NCBI GenBank assembly: GCA_024275095.1
Contig: JAJRZV010000046.1
Location: 1 to 41,614, forward strand
Reading direction: 5' to 3'
From: a bacterium
GTDB lineage: Bacteria; JAJRZV01
Length of the DNA stretch: 41,614 nt
In this document: piece by piece, positions 17,290 to 27,389 of the stretch
How positions within the stretch are numbered: the first letter of the stretch is position 1
Layout: each line of letters begins with the position of its first letter
Program-made: the position numbers and the translations under genes
Notes under the pieces: generated by a model
What the model saw: only the letters and a program-made list of their open reading frames with translations
Told to the model about the DNA's origin: nothing
Databases searched by the model: none

Positions 17290-18201
17290 ATGGCACGTGT
17301 ACCTAAGACAGGAAATTACAGCCGTAGAGAATTCCTTCACCTCTGTGGTGAACTGGCTGCTCTCCTTGGACTGTCCAGGCTTTATGTACCCGAAATCGCT
17401 CTTGCCATTGAAAAAGCTTCCAAAAAGCCTTCTGTAATCTGGTTGAACTTTGCCGCGTGTACAGGCTGCACTGAAAGTTTTGTCAAATCAGAATCGCCAC
17501 CCATTGCCGACATCATTCTCGATGTCATTTCTCTGGACTTCAACGAGACCATTATGGCGCCTGCCGGAAGAAATGCTGAAGATGTGCTTGATGAGGCAGT
17601 GAAAAGAGGAGGTTATGTCTGCGTGGTGTAAGGTGCAATACCAACAAGAAAGGGGTTCGGAAGAATTGCTGGAGAGGATATGCTCGATGTGGCGCGCAAG
17701 GTCATACCCAGGGCTTCAGCAGTAATTGCAGTGGGTACATGTGCGTCCTTTGGCGGACTGCCTGCCGCTTCACCCAATCCCTCGCGTGCGAGAGGGGTCA
17801 TGGATGCTGTTGGTGGAAAAGTCATTAACGTGCCAGGATGTCCTGCGAATTCCGAATGGGTGCTTGCAGTGGTGATTAACCTTATATCGCTGAAGAAACC
17901 CATGAAGCTGGATGCTCATAGAAGGCCCGTAACTATTTACGGGACGCCCGTACATGAACAGTGTGAAAGAAAGGTTAATTTTGACGCAGATAAATTTGTG
18001 GAGACATTCGGTAATGCGGCTTCAGCACAGGGGTACTGCCTCTACGGAATGGGTTGTAAAGGACCGGAGGCATATTCTACATGTCCCAAAGTGAAGTGGA
18101 ATGGAGGGGTCAACTGGTGTGTCCAGGCGGGAGCACCGTGTATGGGCTGTGTGGAGCCCAACTTCTGGGACAAGTTCGCTCCATTTTATGAAATGCAGTA
18201 A
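17290..18201 (+). pseudogene. [NiFe]-hydrogenase small subunit, Tat-exported, with in-frame TAA at 17629-17631
   Basis: SRREFL Tat motif, CTGCTES, VV*GAIP, GTCASFGG, PGCP, HEQCER, CLYGMGCKGP, WCVQAGAPCMGC; ORFs 17290-17631 and 17680-18201 share one frame. Confidence 0.92.
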
Positions 18202-18250
18202 AGCACCCATGTGTGCGGAAGTTTCAAAAAATTATTAAAGGAGGCACAAG

Positions 18251-19840
18251 ATGGCACGCGTAGTTATTGATCCGATAACACGAATAGAGGGACATTTGAG
18301 GATCGAGGTTGAAGTATCCCGCGGCAGGGTAAAAGATGCCTGGAGTTCAGGAACCCTCTTCAGGGGGATAGAGATCATTCTCAAGGGCAGAGACCCGCGT
18401 GATGCCTGGCTTGTGACCCAGCGCATTTGCGGTGTATGCCCCGTACCTCATGGCCTCACCTCTGTATTCGCTCTGGAAGATGCTGCCGGGGTGAAACCGC
18501 CACTTCCCGCCGTAATTGTGAGAAATCTTATTGAAGGCACACAATACCTGCATTCTCATATTCTCTGGTTTTATCATCTGAACGGACTGGATTACGTGGA
18601 TATTGTGTCTGCACTGAAAGCATCACCCAAGGAAAAATCTATGAAGCAGGTCAAGGAAAAGCTCGCTGCGTTTGTTAAAAGAGGTCAGTTAGGACCTTTT
18701 ACCAATGGATACTGGGGGCACCCTGCGTATAAATTGCCCCCGGACATTAATCTTGTTGTGGTGGCTCATTATTTACAGGCGCTTGAAATGCAGGCAAAGG
18801 CTTCAAAGCTCACAGCCATATTCGGAGGGAAGATGCCCATGCACATGAATACGCCCCCCGGTGGGCTGACGAAACCTCCGACTGCCGAAGAAATCAAGGC
18901 GTTCTCAGAAGGACTCAAAGAACTGAAGGCGTTTGTAAACAACGTAATGTACCAGGACCTGCTTACCCTTGCTCCGTATTATCTGGACTGGGCGGGTATC
19001 GGAAAAGGCGTGGGCAATTACCTGTCCTGGGGCGTGTTTGATTCTGCACCGGCTTCCCCTGAGAGCAGGTTTCTGCCACCCGGTGTTCTGTTGAAAGGGA
19101 AAAAACGCCTTGAAAAGGCTTCCCCAGAAGAGGTGAAGGAGCATGTCAAGCACTCGTTTTATCGCTATTCACGCCCCTTGAATCCGGCGGAAGGCAAAAC
19201 AGAACCTGGATTTAAAAAGCACGATACCGAAAAAACCTATTCCTGGCTCAAGGCACCACGGTACGATGGTAAGCCCATGGAAGTAGGCCCGCTTGCACGC
19301 GTTCTCATCGCCTATCACAAGAATGTTAAGCCTGTGAAAAAAGAAGTGGATGCACTACTTGAAAAGCTGGGGCATAAAGGTAACCCGGGTATTCTTCAGT
19401 CAGTGCTGGGGCGGATTGCTGCACGTGTGATAGAGAGCAAGCTCATTGTCGAGGAGATGGAAAAGTGGGTGGCCGACCTGGAAAAGGAAATGAAGAAGAA
19501 GGGCGCACGGGTGTACACCGGGTACAAGGTACCCAAGAAAGGCGAAGGTATTGGTTTGTGGGAGGCACCAAGGGGAGCCCTGGGTCACTGGATTCGCATA
19601 AAGAACAGCAAAATAGAGAATTACCAGTGTGTGGTGCCGACGACTTGGAATGCCTCACCGAGAGATGATAAGCATCAGAGAGGGCCACTTGAAGAAGCGC
19701 TGGTAGGTACACCAGTCCACGATCCCAAAAAACCGCTGGAAGTGTTAAGGGTGGTTCATTCGTTTGACCCGTGTATCGCTTGTGCAGTGCACGTGATTGA
19801 TCCGCGAACCAACGAGGTGTACAGGATAAGGGCTGTGTAA
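18251..19840 (+). CDS. Group 1 [NiFe]-hydrogenase large subunit
   Basis: DPITRIEGH, RICGVC (L1), APRG, SFDPCIACAVH (L2) plus cleavable C-terminal tail. Confidence 0.97.
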   Translation: MARVVIDPITRIEGHLRIEVEVSRGRVKDAWSSGTLFRGIEIILKGRDPRDAWLVTQRICGVCPVPHGLTSVFALEDAAGVKPPLPAVIVRNLIEGTQYLHSHILWFYHLNGLDYVDIVSALKASPKEKSMKQVKEKLAAFVKRGQLGPFTNGYWGHPAYKLPPDINLVVVAHYLQALEMQAKASKLTAIFGGKMPMHMNTPPGGLTKPPTAEEIKAFSEGLKELKAFVNNVMYQDLLTLAPYYLDWAGIGKGVGNYLSWGVFDSAPASPESRFLPPGVLLKGKKRLEKASPEEVKEHVKHSFYRYSRPLNPAEGKTEPGFKKHDTEKTYSWLKAPRYDGKPMEVGPLARVLIAYHKNVKPVKKEVDALLEKLGHKGNPGILQSVLGRIAARVIESKLIVEEMEKWVADLEKEMKKKGARVYTGYKVPKKGEGIGLWEAPRGALGHWIRIKNSKIENYQCVVPTTWNASPRDDKHQRGPLEEALVGTPVHDPKKPLEVLRVVHSFDPCIACAVHVIDPRTNEVYRIRAV

Positions 19841-19865
19841 ATGTTTTTTCACAGCGGGGAGGGAG

Positions 19866-20312
19866 ATGAAAAAGAACCTTATTGTGGGGGTAGGGAACGT
19901 GCTCATGGGAGACGAGGGGGTGGGCGTTTACTTTCTGCAATTTATTGCTCCGGAACTGAAGGATTTTGACATACTGCCTGCAGGGAGTGTGACTCTTTCC
20001 ACCCTTTCTGAACTGGAAAACAGGGATTGTGTTATTTTCATCGATGCTTTGAAGGAGGACTTCCCGGAAGAGACAGCCCTTTTTGAGGTACTGGGAGAGA
20101 ACATTCCTCTCAAATTTTCAGCGCATGAAATTGGAATATCAGAACTTGTGAGTCTGCTTCAACTTCTCGACAGGAAACCGCGAAAGATTTTTGTATTCGG
20201 CATCAGGCCTTTTTCCGTGTCCCCCCGCATGGGTCTTTCTGAGGAGATGGAAAAGCGCCTCCCCGAGCTCAAAAGAAAATTTCTGGAAATGCTCTCTGCC
20301 GTGTCTTTTTAA
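19866..20312 (+). CDS. Hydrogenase maturation protease (HyaD/HybD family)
   Basis: GVGNVLMGDEGVG, IDA, SAHE. Confidence 0.92.
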   Translation: MKKNLIVGVGNVLMGDEGVGVYFLQFIAPELKDFDILPAGSVTLSTLSELENRDCVIFIDALKEDFPEETALFEVLGENIPLKFSAHEIGISELVSLLQLLDRKPRKIFVFGIRPFSVSPRMGLSEEMEKRLPELKRKFLEMLSAVSF

Positions 20313-20323
20313 AATTCTCTCTG

Positions 20324-22606
20324 ATGCGTCGCTCCCACGAGAAAACTTTGAAAAATGAGAAAGGGAACACATGTAAAATTCCGCGTGCGGAAGCAGTAAA
20401 AATATGTGTAAAAGGAACGGTCCAGGGCGTTGGTTTTCGGCCTTTTGTGTATCGCCTGGCGAAAAGCATGGGATTTACGGGATTTGTAAAGAACACACCC
20501 CGTGGGGTGGAAATTCATCTTGAAGGCGACTCATCTGTGGATGAGTTTATTGCGCGTCTGAGGGAAGAGGCTCCTCCCAATGCAAGAATCGATACGTTGG
20601 AACTTGCCTCCTCACAGAGTGAAGGTTTTACGGATTTCCAGATAAACATTACGGCTGAAGGGCAGGCTCTGGTATTTGCTCCGCCCGACCTTTCCACATG
20701 TTCTGAATGCCTTGAAGAGCTGTTTAATCCTTCTGACAGGCGATTCCGTTATCCCTTTATCAATTGCACTGCATGTGGTCCACGCTACACCATTATAAGG
20801 GCTCTTCCATACGACAGAGAAAAAACCTCGATGGCTTCATTTCAAATGTGTCCCTCCTGTAATGATGAATACAACAATCCCGTGAGCAGAAGGTTTCATG
20901 CAGAACCCAATGCGTGTCCGGTGTGCGGCCCGGAAACTTTTTTTGTTGAGGGAGAAACATTGAAAAAAGGTGGAATTGATATTGCCGCCGAGCGCATCCG
21001 CCATGGCAAAATTGTGGCGGTAAAAGGTCTTGGCGGGTTTCACCTGATGTGTGACCCCTTCAACCCTGAAGCAGTGAAAAAACTTCGACTGATTAAGCAG
21101 AGATCGCGTAAACCTTTTGCATTGATGGCTCGCGATGTGAATTCTGCAAAGAGTATTGCTGTTATTTCGCCAGAGGAAGAGGAAATTTTAACTTCACCTT
21201 CACGTCCCATTGTGCTTTTAAGAAAAAAAATGGAAATAGAGGGCGTCTCATCTGGACTCAGCACGTACGGAATCATGCTTCCTTATACTCCTTTACACGC
21301 ACTTCTTCTCGAGAATATTCCTGTTGTTATTGCAACAAGTGCAAACCCTCGTGAAAGTCCCATTCTCAAAGACGAAAGCGAAATTCCTCCTGGCACATGT
21401 GACTGTATGCTTACGCACAACAGGGAGATTGTCATGCGATGTGATGATTCTCTCGTCAAAGTTGTGGATGGTTGCCTTGTATTCCTGAGAAGGGGAAGAG
21501 GATATGTACCGGAGCCACTGGAGCTCCGCTTTTCTCCGGGAAAACGTGTTCTGGCCCTGGGTGGTGAACTGAAAAACACCGTATCAATAGTAAAGGAGGA
21601 ATATCTTGTCACCAGTCAGTATCTTGGTGATATGAAGGACTTGAGAAATCAGGAATATCTCGACGAGGTAATATCCCATTTCAAAACACTTTACTCATTT
21701 GAACCTGACATTCTTGTGTGTGACCTTCATCCTGCATTCACCACTACCAAGAAGGCCGAAAACTGGGGCAGGCCCCTGATAAGGGTTCAGCATCACGTGG
21801 CACATGTATTCGCTGTGTTTGCTGAACACAGTATTATTCCGGATGCTCCGGTTCTGGGTATTGCATTTGATGGAATGGGTTATGGCGAAGATGGAAATGT
21901 ATGGGGTGGTGAATTCTTTGTGATAAGAGGTACAGGCTACGAAAGAATTTTCCACTTCAGATACGTGCGTCAGCAGGGTGGAGACCTCGCCGTCAAAGAA
22001 CCCTGGAGGATGGTTCTTGCTTATACGCTTGACGCTGATATAAATGTGAATGCGGTAGATGCACTGGTAGAGGTTGATGCCAGAATAGTGAAAAATGCCG
22101 AGAATGCCATAAAAAAAGGTATCAATGCTCCATACACTTCTTCAGTAGGGAGGCTTTTTGATACAGTGGCGGTTATGACAGGTGTCGCACCGGAAAAAAT
22201 TGATTTTGAGGCTGAAGCAGCCATGCGTCTCGAAGGTGTGGCATTGGCTGATGTTGAAGACTATTATCCCTTTCGGTTAGAAAAGCATGAAATAGACATG
22301 CGAGAAATGATGAAAACATTGCTGAAAGAAAAAGCGCCTCCACAAGTGAAAGCTGGCAAATTTCACAATACAATAGTACAAATTATTAAAAGCATTGCTG
22401 ATATATGTCGCTCTCGATGGGGGATAAATAAGGTGGTTCTCAGTGGGGGTGTGTTTCTTAACGCATTGTTGATGAGCAAAACGTGTCATGCTCTTCAGGA
22501 GGCAGGGTTCGAAGTTCTGAAGCCTGAGAAGTTTTCGCCGGGAGACGAAAGTATTTCCCTGGGGCAGGCGTATTACACCGCATTGAAGTTGAAGGAGCAG
22601 GAATAA
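20324..22606 (+). CDS. hypF: Carbamoyltransferase HypF (start uncertain)
   Basis: GTVQGVGFRP, zinc-finger CxxC pairs, KGLGGFHL, DLHP, QHH, FDGMGYG. Confidence 0.95.
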   Translation: MRRSHEKTLKNEKGNTCKIPRAEAVKICVKGTVQGVGFRPFVYRLAKSMGFTGFVKNTPRGVEIHLEGDSSVDEFIARLREEAPPNARIDTLELASSQSEGFTDFQINITAEGQALVFAPPDLSTCSECLEELFNPSDRRFRYPFINCTACGPRYTIIRALPYDREKTSMASFQMCPSCNDEYNNPVSRRFHAEPNACPVCGPETFFVEGETLKKGGIDIAAERIRHGKIVAVKGLGGFHLMCDPFNPEAVKKLRLIKQRSRKPFALMARDVNSAKSIAVISPEEEEILTSPSRPIVLLRKKMEIEGVSSGLSTYGIMLPYTPLHALLLENIPVVIATSANPRESPILKDESEIPPGTCDCMLTHNREIVMRCDDSLVKVVDGCLVFLRRGRGYVPEPLELRFSPGKRVLALGGELKNTVSIVKEEYLVTSQYLGDMKDLRNQEYLDEVISHFKTLYSFEPDILVCDLHPAFTTTKKAENWGRPLIRVQHHVAHVFAVFAEHSIIPDAPVLGIAFDGMGYGEDGNVWGGEFFVIRGTGYERIFHFRYVRQQGGDLAVKEPWRMVLAYTLDADINVNAVDALVEVDARIVKNAENAIKKGINAPYTSSVGRLFDTVAVMTGVAPEKIDFEAEAAMRLEGVALADVEDYYPFRLEKHEIDMREMMKTLLKEKAPPQVKAGKFHNTIVQIIKSIADICRSRWGINKVVLSGGVFLNALLMSKTCHALQEAGFEVLKPEKFSPGDESISLGQAYYTALKLKEQE

Positions 22607-22824
22607 TGTGTCTGGCAGTGCCTCTCAAACTGGTGGAGATAGAAGGATACGAAGGCATTGTGGAAATGGGAGGTATAAAGAGGCGAGTGAATCTCTCGTT
22701 GGTTGAGAACCCTCAAAGGGGGGACTTTGTACTTGTGCACGCGGGATTTGCTATTGCAGTGATAAACCGTGAAGAGGCGGAGAAAACCCTCTCTCTCATA
22801 AGAGAGATGGAACAACACAGTTAA
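22606..22824 (+). CDS. hypC: Hydrogenase chaperone HypC
   Basis: MCLAVP...VLVHAGFAI. Confidence 0.96.
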   Translation: MCLAVPLKLVEIEGYEGIVEMGGIKRRVNLSLVENPQRGDFVLVHAGFAIAVINREEAEKTLSLIREMEQHS

Positions 22825-22830
22825 CAGGTC

Positions 22831-23943
22831 ATGGAGTTCTCTCTTCTCAGACAGAAAAAGAGCGTGGAACTTCTTCTTCAAAAGGTGGATTCGCTCCTCG
22901 AGAGTATTGGACGAGAAGTGAGGATTATGGAAGTGTGCGGCACACACACCATGACCGCATACCGCAGTGGTCTGGGGCACGTGCTCCGAAAGAAGGGCGT
23001 TCGTCTCATTTCCGGTCCTGGTTGTCCAGTGTGTATTACACCAGAAGGTGTGCTTCTTGCAGCGGCAAAAGTTGTTGAGGAAATGGAGAATACTATTCTT
23101 GTATCATTTGGGGATATGTTGCGGGTACCGGTGGATGGTAAAAGTCTTCTTACCCTTGTGCCTGCGCAGAATTCATCTGTAAAGGTGATCTATGCACCTG
23201 AAGAGGCATTGAAAACCGCCGAATTGAATCCTGATCGGAGAGTGGTTTTCCTTGCCACGGGATTTGAAACCACAATTCCATCCATTGCATGGGTTGTACT
23301 GGAAGCTCAAAGAAAAAACATGAAAAATCTTTTCTTTATCACGAGCCTCCGGCTCGTACCACCGCCGCTCAGGGCGATTCTCTGCTCTGGTGATGTCAAT
23401 CTTGACGGATTTATCTATCCTGGTCATGTAAGTGTGATAATAGGGTCCAGGCCCTATGAATTCATCCCTGAGGAATTTGGTGTGCCTGGTGCTGTAGCAG
23501 GATTCGAACCTGTTGACCTTTTGCTCGGAGTAATTTCCGTGCTTCAGCAGATTTGTGCGGGAGAGGCAAAAGTGGACATCGTTTACACGCGTGCTGTGCA
23601 ACCTGAAGGTAATCCTGCGGCAAGAAAAATTATGGACACAGCATTTGAATGCGCGGATGCAGAGTGGAGAGGATTTGGAGTTATTCCCCGCAGCGGTCTT
23701 GTGCTGCGAAACAAGGTGCTCGATGCTTCTCGAGAATTCGGGCTTGAACTCTCATCAAGGAAAGCACATGAGGCCTGCAGGTGTGGAGATGTGGTAAAAG
23801 GTTCAATTGAGCCTGAAGAATGTCCGCTTTTTGCTCGCACGTGTGCTCCTGAAAGTCCTCAGGGTCCCTGCATGGTTTCTGTGGAGGGAAGCTGTCTGAT
23901 TCATTACAAATACGGGAGCGTGCGATGGACAGGGTCAGCCTGA
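22831..23943 (+). CDS. hypD: Hydrogenase formation protein HypD
   Basis: MEVCGTHT, GPGCPVC, GFETT, PGHVS, GPCMVS.EGSC. Confidence 0.96.
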   Translation: MEFSLLRQKKSVELLLQKVDSLLESIGREVRIMEVCGTHTMTAYRSGLGHVLRKKGVRLISGPGCPVCITPEGVLLAAAKVVEEMENTILVSFGDMLRVPVDGKSLLTLVPAQNSSVKVIYAPEEALKTAELNPDRRVVFLATGFETTIPSIAWVVLEAQRKNMKNLFFITSLRLVPPPLRAILCSGDVNLDGFIYPGHVSVIIGSRPYEFIPEEFGVPGAVAGFEPVDLLLGVISVLQQICAGEAKVDIVYTRAVQPEGNPAARKIMDTAFECADAEWRGFGVIPRSGLVLRNKVLDASREFGLELSSRKAHEACRCGDVVKGSIEPEECPLFARTCAPESPQGPCMVSVEGSCLIHYKYGSVRWTGSA

Positions 23944-24908
23944 GTGTGGGATCTGGTGGAAAGCTCATGAGGGATTTTGTGAAAGAGGTGATTGTGGAGA
24001 CGCTGGGAAACCCGTATCTTGAACAGTTTGGAGACAGTGCTCATGTAAACCTCAGTGGTGATCTTTGCTTTACAACAGACAGCTTCGTTGTGCGCCCCAT
24101 ATTTTTCCCGGGAGGGGACATAGGAAAGCTCGCTGTTTCCGGCACGATCAATGACCTTGTTGTTGCAGGTGCCAGGCCTCTTTTCCTTTCACTGTCGTTG
24201 ATTATTGAAGAAGGTTTTTTTGTCCATGACCTTAAAAATATACTCTCTTCTGTTCGTGCAACCTCTTCCAGTGCAGATGTGCTGGTTGTGACAGGAGATA
24301 CCAAGGTGGTACCCAAGGGTGATGCAGACCAGCTTTACATTAACACAGCGGGTATCGGCCAGAAACTTGTAGAGCCAGGAAATATTCGGGAAGGCGATGT
24401 ACTTATCGTGACAGATTGTGTTGGTGACCATTCGGTGGCTATCATGGTGGCAAGAGGTGAATTCGATTTTTGGGGAGATGTTCAAAGTGACTGCAGACCA
24501 CTGCATTCTTTACTGCCCTTGTGGGATATGGGTGTTAAATGGATGCGTGACATTACCCGAGGTGGTCTTGCCACGGTTCTGTGTGAACTTGCGGAAGAGA
24601 AACATATACCTGTGGAAGTGTGGGAAAGAGATGTACCTTTTTCACCCGCTGTCAATGCGCTGGCAGAGATTCTCGGTATTGATTCTTTTTACCTGGCAAG
24701 TGAAGGTAGTGCTGTTCTCGTGGCTCCACAGGATAAGACAGACGAAATCATCGCTTTTTTACACGGCATTCCTGAAGGCAGACACGCATCTGTCATTGGT
24801 CGTATAGGTGGAAAAGGAAAACCCGGTGAGGTTGTGCTGGAGACTGCCTCAGGTGGACTTCGCTACTTGGAGCCGCTGACAGGGGAGCTCCTTCCCAGAA
24901 TATGCTGA
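23925..24908 (+). CDS. hypE: Carbamoyl dehydratase HypE
   Basis: TTDSFVV, GDTKVV, RDITRGG, C-terminal LPRIC. Confidence 0.96.
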   Translation: MDRVSLSVGSGGKLMRDFVKEVIVETLGNPYLEQFGDSAHVNLSGDLCFTTDSFVVRPIFFPGGDIGKLAVSGTINDLVVAGARPLFLSLSLIIEEGFFVHDLKNILSSVRATSSSADVLVVTGDTKVVPKGDADQLYINTAGIGQKLVEPGNIREGDVLIVTDCVGDHSVAIMVARGEFDFWGDVQSDCRPLHSLLPLWDMGVKWMRDITRGGLATVLCELAEEKHIPVEVWERDVPFSPAVNALAEILGIDSFYLASEGSAVLVAPQDKTDEIIAFLHGIPEGRHASVIGRIGGKGKPGEVVLETASGGLRYLEPLTGELLPRIC

Positions 24909-24909
24909 C

Positions 24910-25263
24910 ATGCACGAGTTGAGTCTTGCCCACATGCTGTATAAAGAGGTCATCGAGGCGCTGGAAAGACATAATTGTCATGGCCGGGTTTTGCGCATCG
25001 AGGTGGAAGTTGGCCGAATGACGTGCGTGGATCCCCATTTTTTTTCTGCTTGTTTTTCTTCTATCGTCGAGCATACTCCTCTTGCAGGAGCGCAGCTCCG
25101 CGTTACATCAGTTGACCCCACAGGAAGATGTAAAATGTGTGGAAATGAGCAAAAACTGGACAGTGTGGAGTTCGCATGCAGAGTCTGCTCTTCATCGGAC
25201 ATGGAGGTGATCCGGGGGGCAGACATAATACTAAGAAGCATAGAGGTGGACGATGGAAATTAA
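24910..25263 (+). CDS. hypA: Nickel metallochaperone HypA
   Basis: MHELS, CKMC...CRVC. Confidence 0.93.
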   Translation: MHELSLAHMLYKEVIEALERHNCHGRVLRIEVEVGRMTCVDPHFFSACFSSIVEHTPLAGAQLRVTSVDPTGRCKMCGNEQKLDSVEFACRVCSSSDMEVIRGADIILRSIEVDDGN

Positions 25264-25909
25264 AGTGCTCAGGTCTGTACTTGCTTCCAATGAGCGTATT
25301 GCATGTGAAAATCGGCGTATGCTGGACGATTCTGGTACGGTCATGGTGAATATCATGGGCTCTCCAGGTTCAGGAAAAACAGCACTTATCGAATGCACAC
25401 TGGAACGCCTTAAAGATGTAAAAGTGGCGGTTGTTGAGGGAGATATAGAAACAACACTTGATGCGGAGCGGCTGGGCCGTTTCAAGGTACCGGTGGTTCA
25501 GATCAATACAGGTCCTCTCGGTGGTCAGTGTCATCTCGATGCCTCGCACATAAGAGAGGCACTTGAAAAGCTTGACCTTAAAGCATTGGAACTTGTGTTC
25601 ATAGAAAATGTGGGTAATCTCGTATGCCCTGCCGAGTTTGATACAGGTGCGCATTACCGTGTGGCAACACTTTCGACACCGGAAGGCCACGATAAACCTC
25701 TGAAATATCCCCTCATGTTCCGGACGGCTGACCTGGTGGTGGTGACCAAAGCAGATCTGGCAGAGGCTGCAGGATTCAGCATGGACATGTTTCGTGAAAA
25801 TTTAAAAAAAGTCTCGTCAGCCCCTGCAATTGTTACTTCTGTACGGACTGGGGAAGGTGTGACGCGCTGGGTGGACTGGATAAAGAATTCCCTTGTTGTT
25901 TTGAAATAA
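25253..25909 (+). CDS. hypB: Nickel-insertion GTPase HypB
   Basis: SPGSGKT, CHLDA, ENVGNLVCPA, DKPLKYP. Confidence 0.96.
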   Translation: MEIKVLRSVLASNERIACENRRMLDDSGTVMVNIMGSPGSGKTALIECTLERLKDVKVAVVEGDIETTLDAERLGRFKVPVVQINTGPLGGQCHLDASHIREALEKLDLKALELVFIENVGNLVCPAEFDTGAHYRVATLSTPEGHDKPLKYPLMFRTADLVVVTKADLAEAAGFSMDMFRENLKKVSSAPAIVTSVRTGEGVTRWVDWIKNSLVVLK

Positions 25910-26000
25910 TGCTTCAGAGGTCTTGAAAATGGGTGGCATTGCATGTTTGTTTTGAATAGAATTGAGGTCTGAACTTGCACGAAAATCGGATGGAAAAATC

Positions 26001-26354
26001 ATGAGTCTTCTTACGCAGAAGCGTATAGATAAACCATGGGGACATGAAATTATCTGGGTTCATACGGATAAATATGTGGGTAAGCTCCTTTACATTAATG
26101 AAGGTGCATCTCTTTCACTTCAGTATCACGAGAGGAAACAGGAATCCATATATGTACTGGAGGGGCAGATCAGGGTTTTTATCCGCAATGAACACGGAGG
26201 CGAAGAGTTCGTACTGGAGCCGGGCATGAGTTATCATGTACACCCGGGAGTTATACATCGATTCAGAGCGGACAAACCTTCATGTTTGATAGAAATTTCC
26301 ACGCCGGAGATTGATGACGTCATTCGTCTTGAAGATGATTACGGCCGTCAATGA
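26001..26354 (+). CDS. Cupin, mannose-6-phosphate isomerase type II C-terminal-like
   Basis: KPWG, LSLQYH..K.E, HRF, DDVIRLEDDYGR; start uncertain. Confidence 0.8.
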   Translation: MSLLTQKRIDKPWGHEIIWVHTDKYVGKLLYINEGASLSLQYHERKQESIYVLEGQIRVFIRNEHGGEEFVLEPGMSYHVHPGVIHRFRADKPSCLIEISTPEIDDVIRLEDDYGRQ

Positions 26355-27388
26355 ATGTTTATGCTGTCATACTTTCAGGAGGCGCAGGTCGACGCCTCTG
26401 GCCGCTCAGCACCTCTGAAGTACCCAAACAATTTCACAACCTTGCAGGTAAGCGGTCACTTCTTGAAGAGGCTCTTTCGCGTGCGCATGAATGCTTTGGG
26501 CAAGCAGCAACCTGGGTGGTCACGAGCGCTCCTTATGGCGAAAAAATAAAAAATATGGGCGTTGTAAATGAGAAGCATATTATCGAAGAACCTCTCCCCC
26601 GTAATACAGCGGCAGCAATTGCACTTGCAGCAGCCTGCATCCCCATGGATAATGCAGATGTGCTGGTGGTAATGCCCTCGGATCACTTCATTGAACCTCT
26701 GGAGAGTTTTAAAAGTGATGTGAAGAAGGCTGTGGCACTGGCAGCAGATGGTTTTATCGTTATATTTGGAATAAAACCCTCTTTTCCCAGTCAGGCCTTT
26801 GGATATATTGTGCCCGGTGAGGAGGTGAGTCATGGGGGGCGAACTGTAAAATATTTCAAGGAGAAGCCCGAATTAAACGAGGCTCAGCAACTTATTGAAA
26901 ATGGTGCACTGTGGAACTCTGGAATTTTTGTGATGCGGAAGGATACGCTCGCGCAGAGCTTTGAAAAATTTATGCCCCAATTGTTTGAACTGATGATGAA
27001 GTGCAACAGCAGTTCCCTTTCTGAACTTTCCAAGGAGGAACTGGAAGCAATTTATTCATCTTTACCTCCTGTTCCTTTTGACCGCGGTATACTTGAACAT
27101 TCACGTAATGTAGGGGTTCTTGAGGCCTCGTTCAAGTGGTCTGACCTTGGTACATGGGATGCGGTCTGTGACCTCAATGCGAAATCTCTAAGATAAATGA
27201 GTGCTGTATGTGCAACGGTTGGAGGAGGGGATAATCACGTTTTTTCCCTGGATGGGAGGCCGGTGTGCATTCTGGGTTTGAGTCGAATAATTGTGGTGTC
27301 CACAGAGAAAGGAATACTTGTTGCTTCCAGGGGCAGTACAGCCGATTTGAACAAGGCACTCGATATACTCGAAAAAGAGGAGGAATAA
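26351..27388 (+). pseudogene. manC: Mannose-1-phosphate guanylyltransferase with in-frame TAA at 27194-27196 (or split gene)
   Basis: GGAGRRLWPLS..PKQF, EP..RNTA, PSDH, WNSGIF, WSDLGTW; in-frame 27197-27388 ORF resembles the usual C-terminal beta-helix (GLSRIIVVSTEKGILV). Confidence 0.8.
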
Positions 27389-27389
27389 C

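Noticed and set aside
16760-17306. ORFs in the GT9-hydrogenase intergenic region
   Set aside because: No recognisable motifs; they overlap AT-rich promoter elements
18251-19840. [NiFeSe] hydrogenase / selenocysteine recoding
   Set aside because: L2 motif is DPCIAC with Cys codons; the internal stop in the small subunit is TAA at a Glu position
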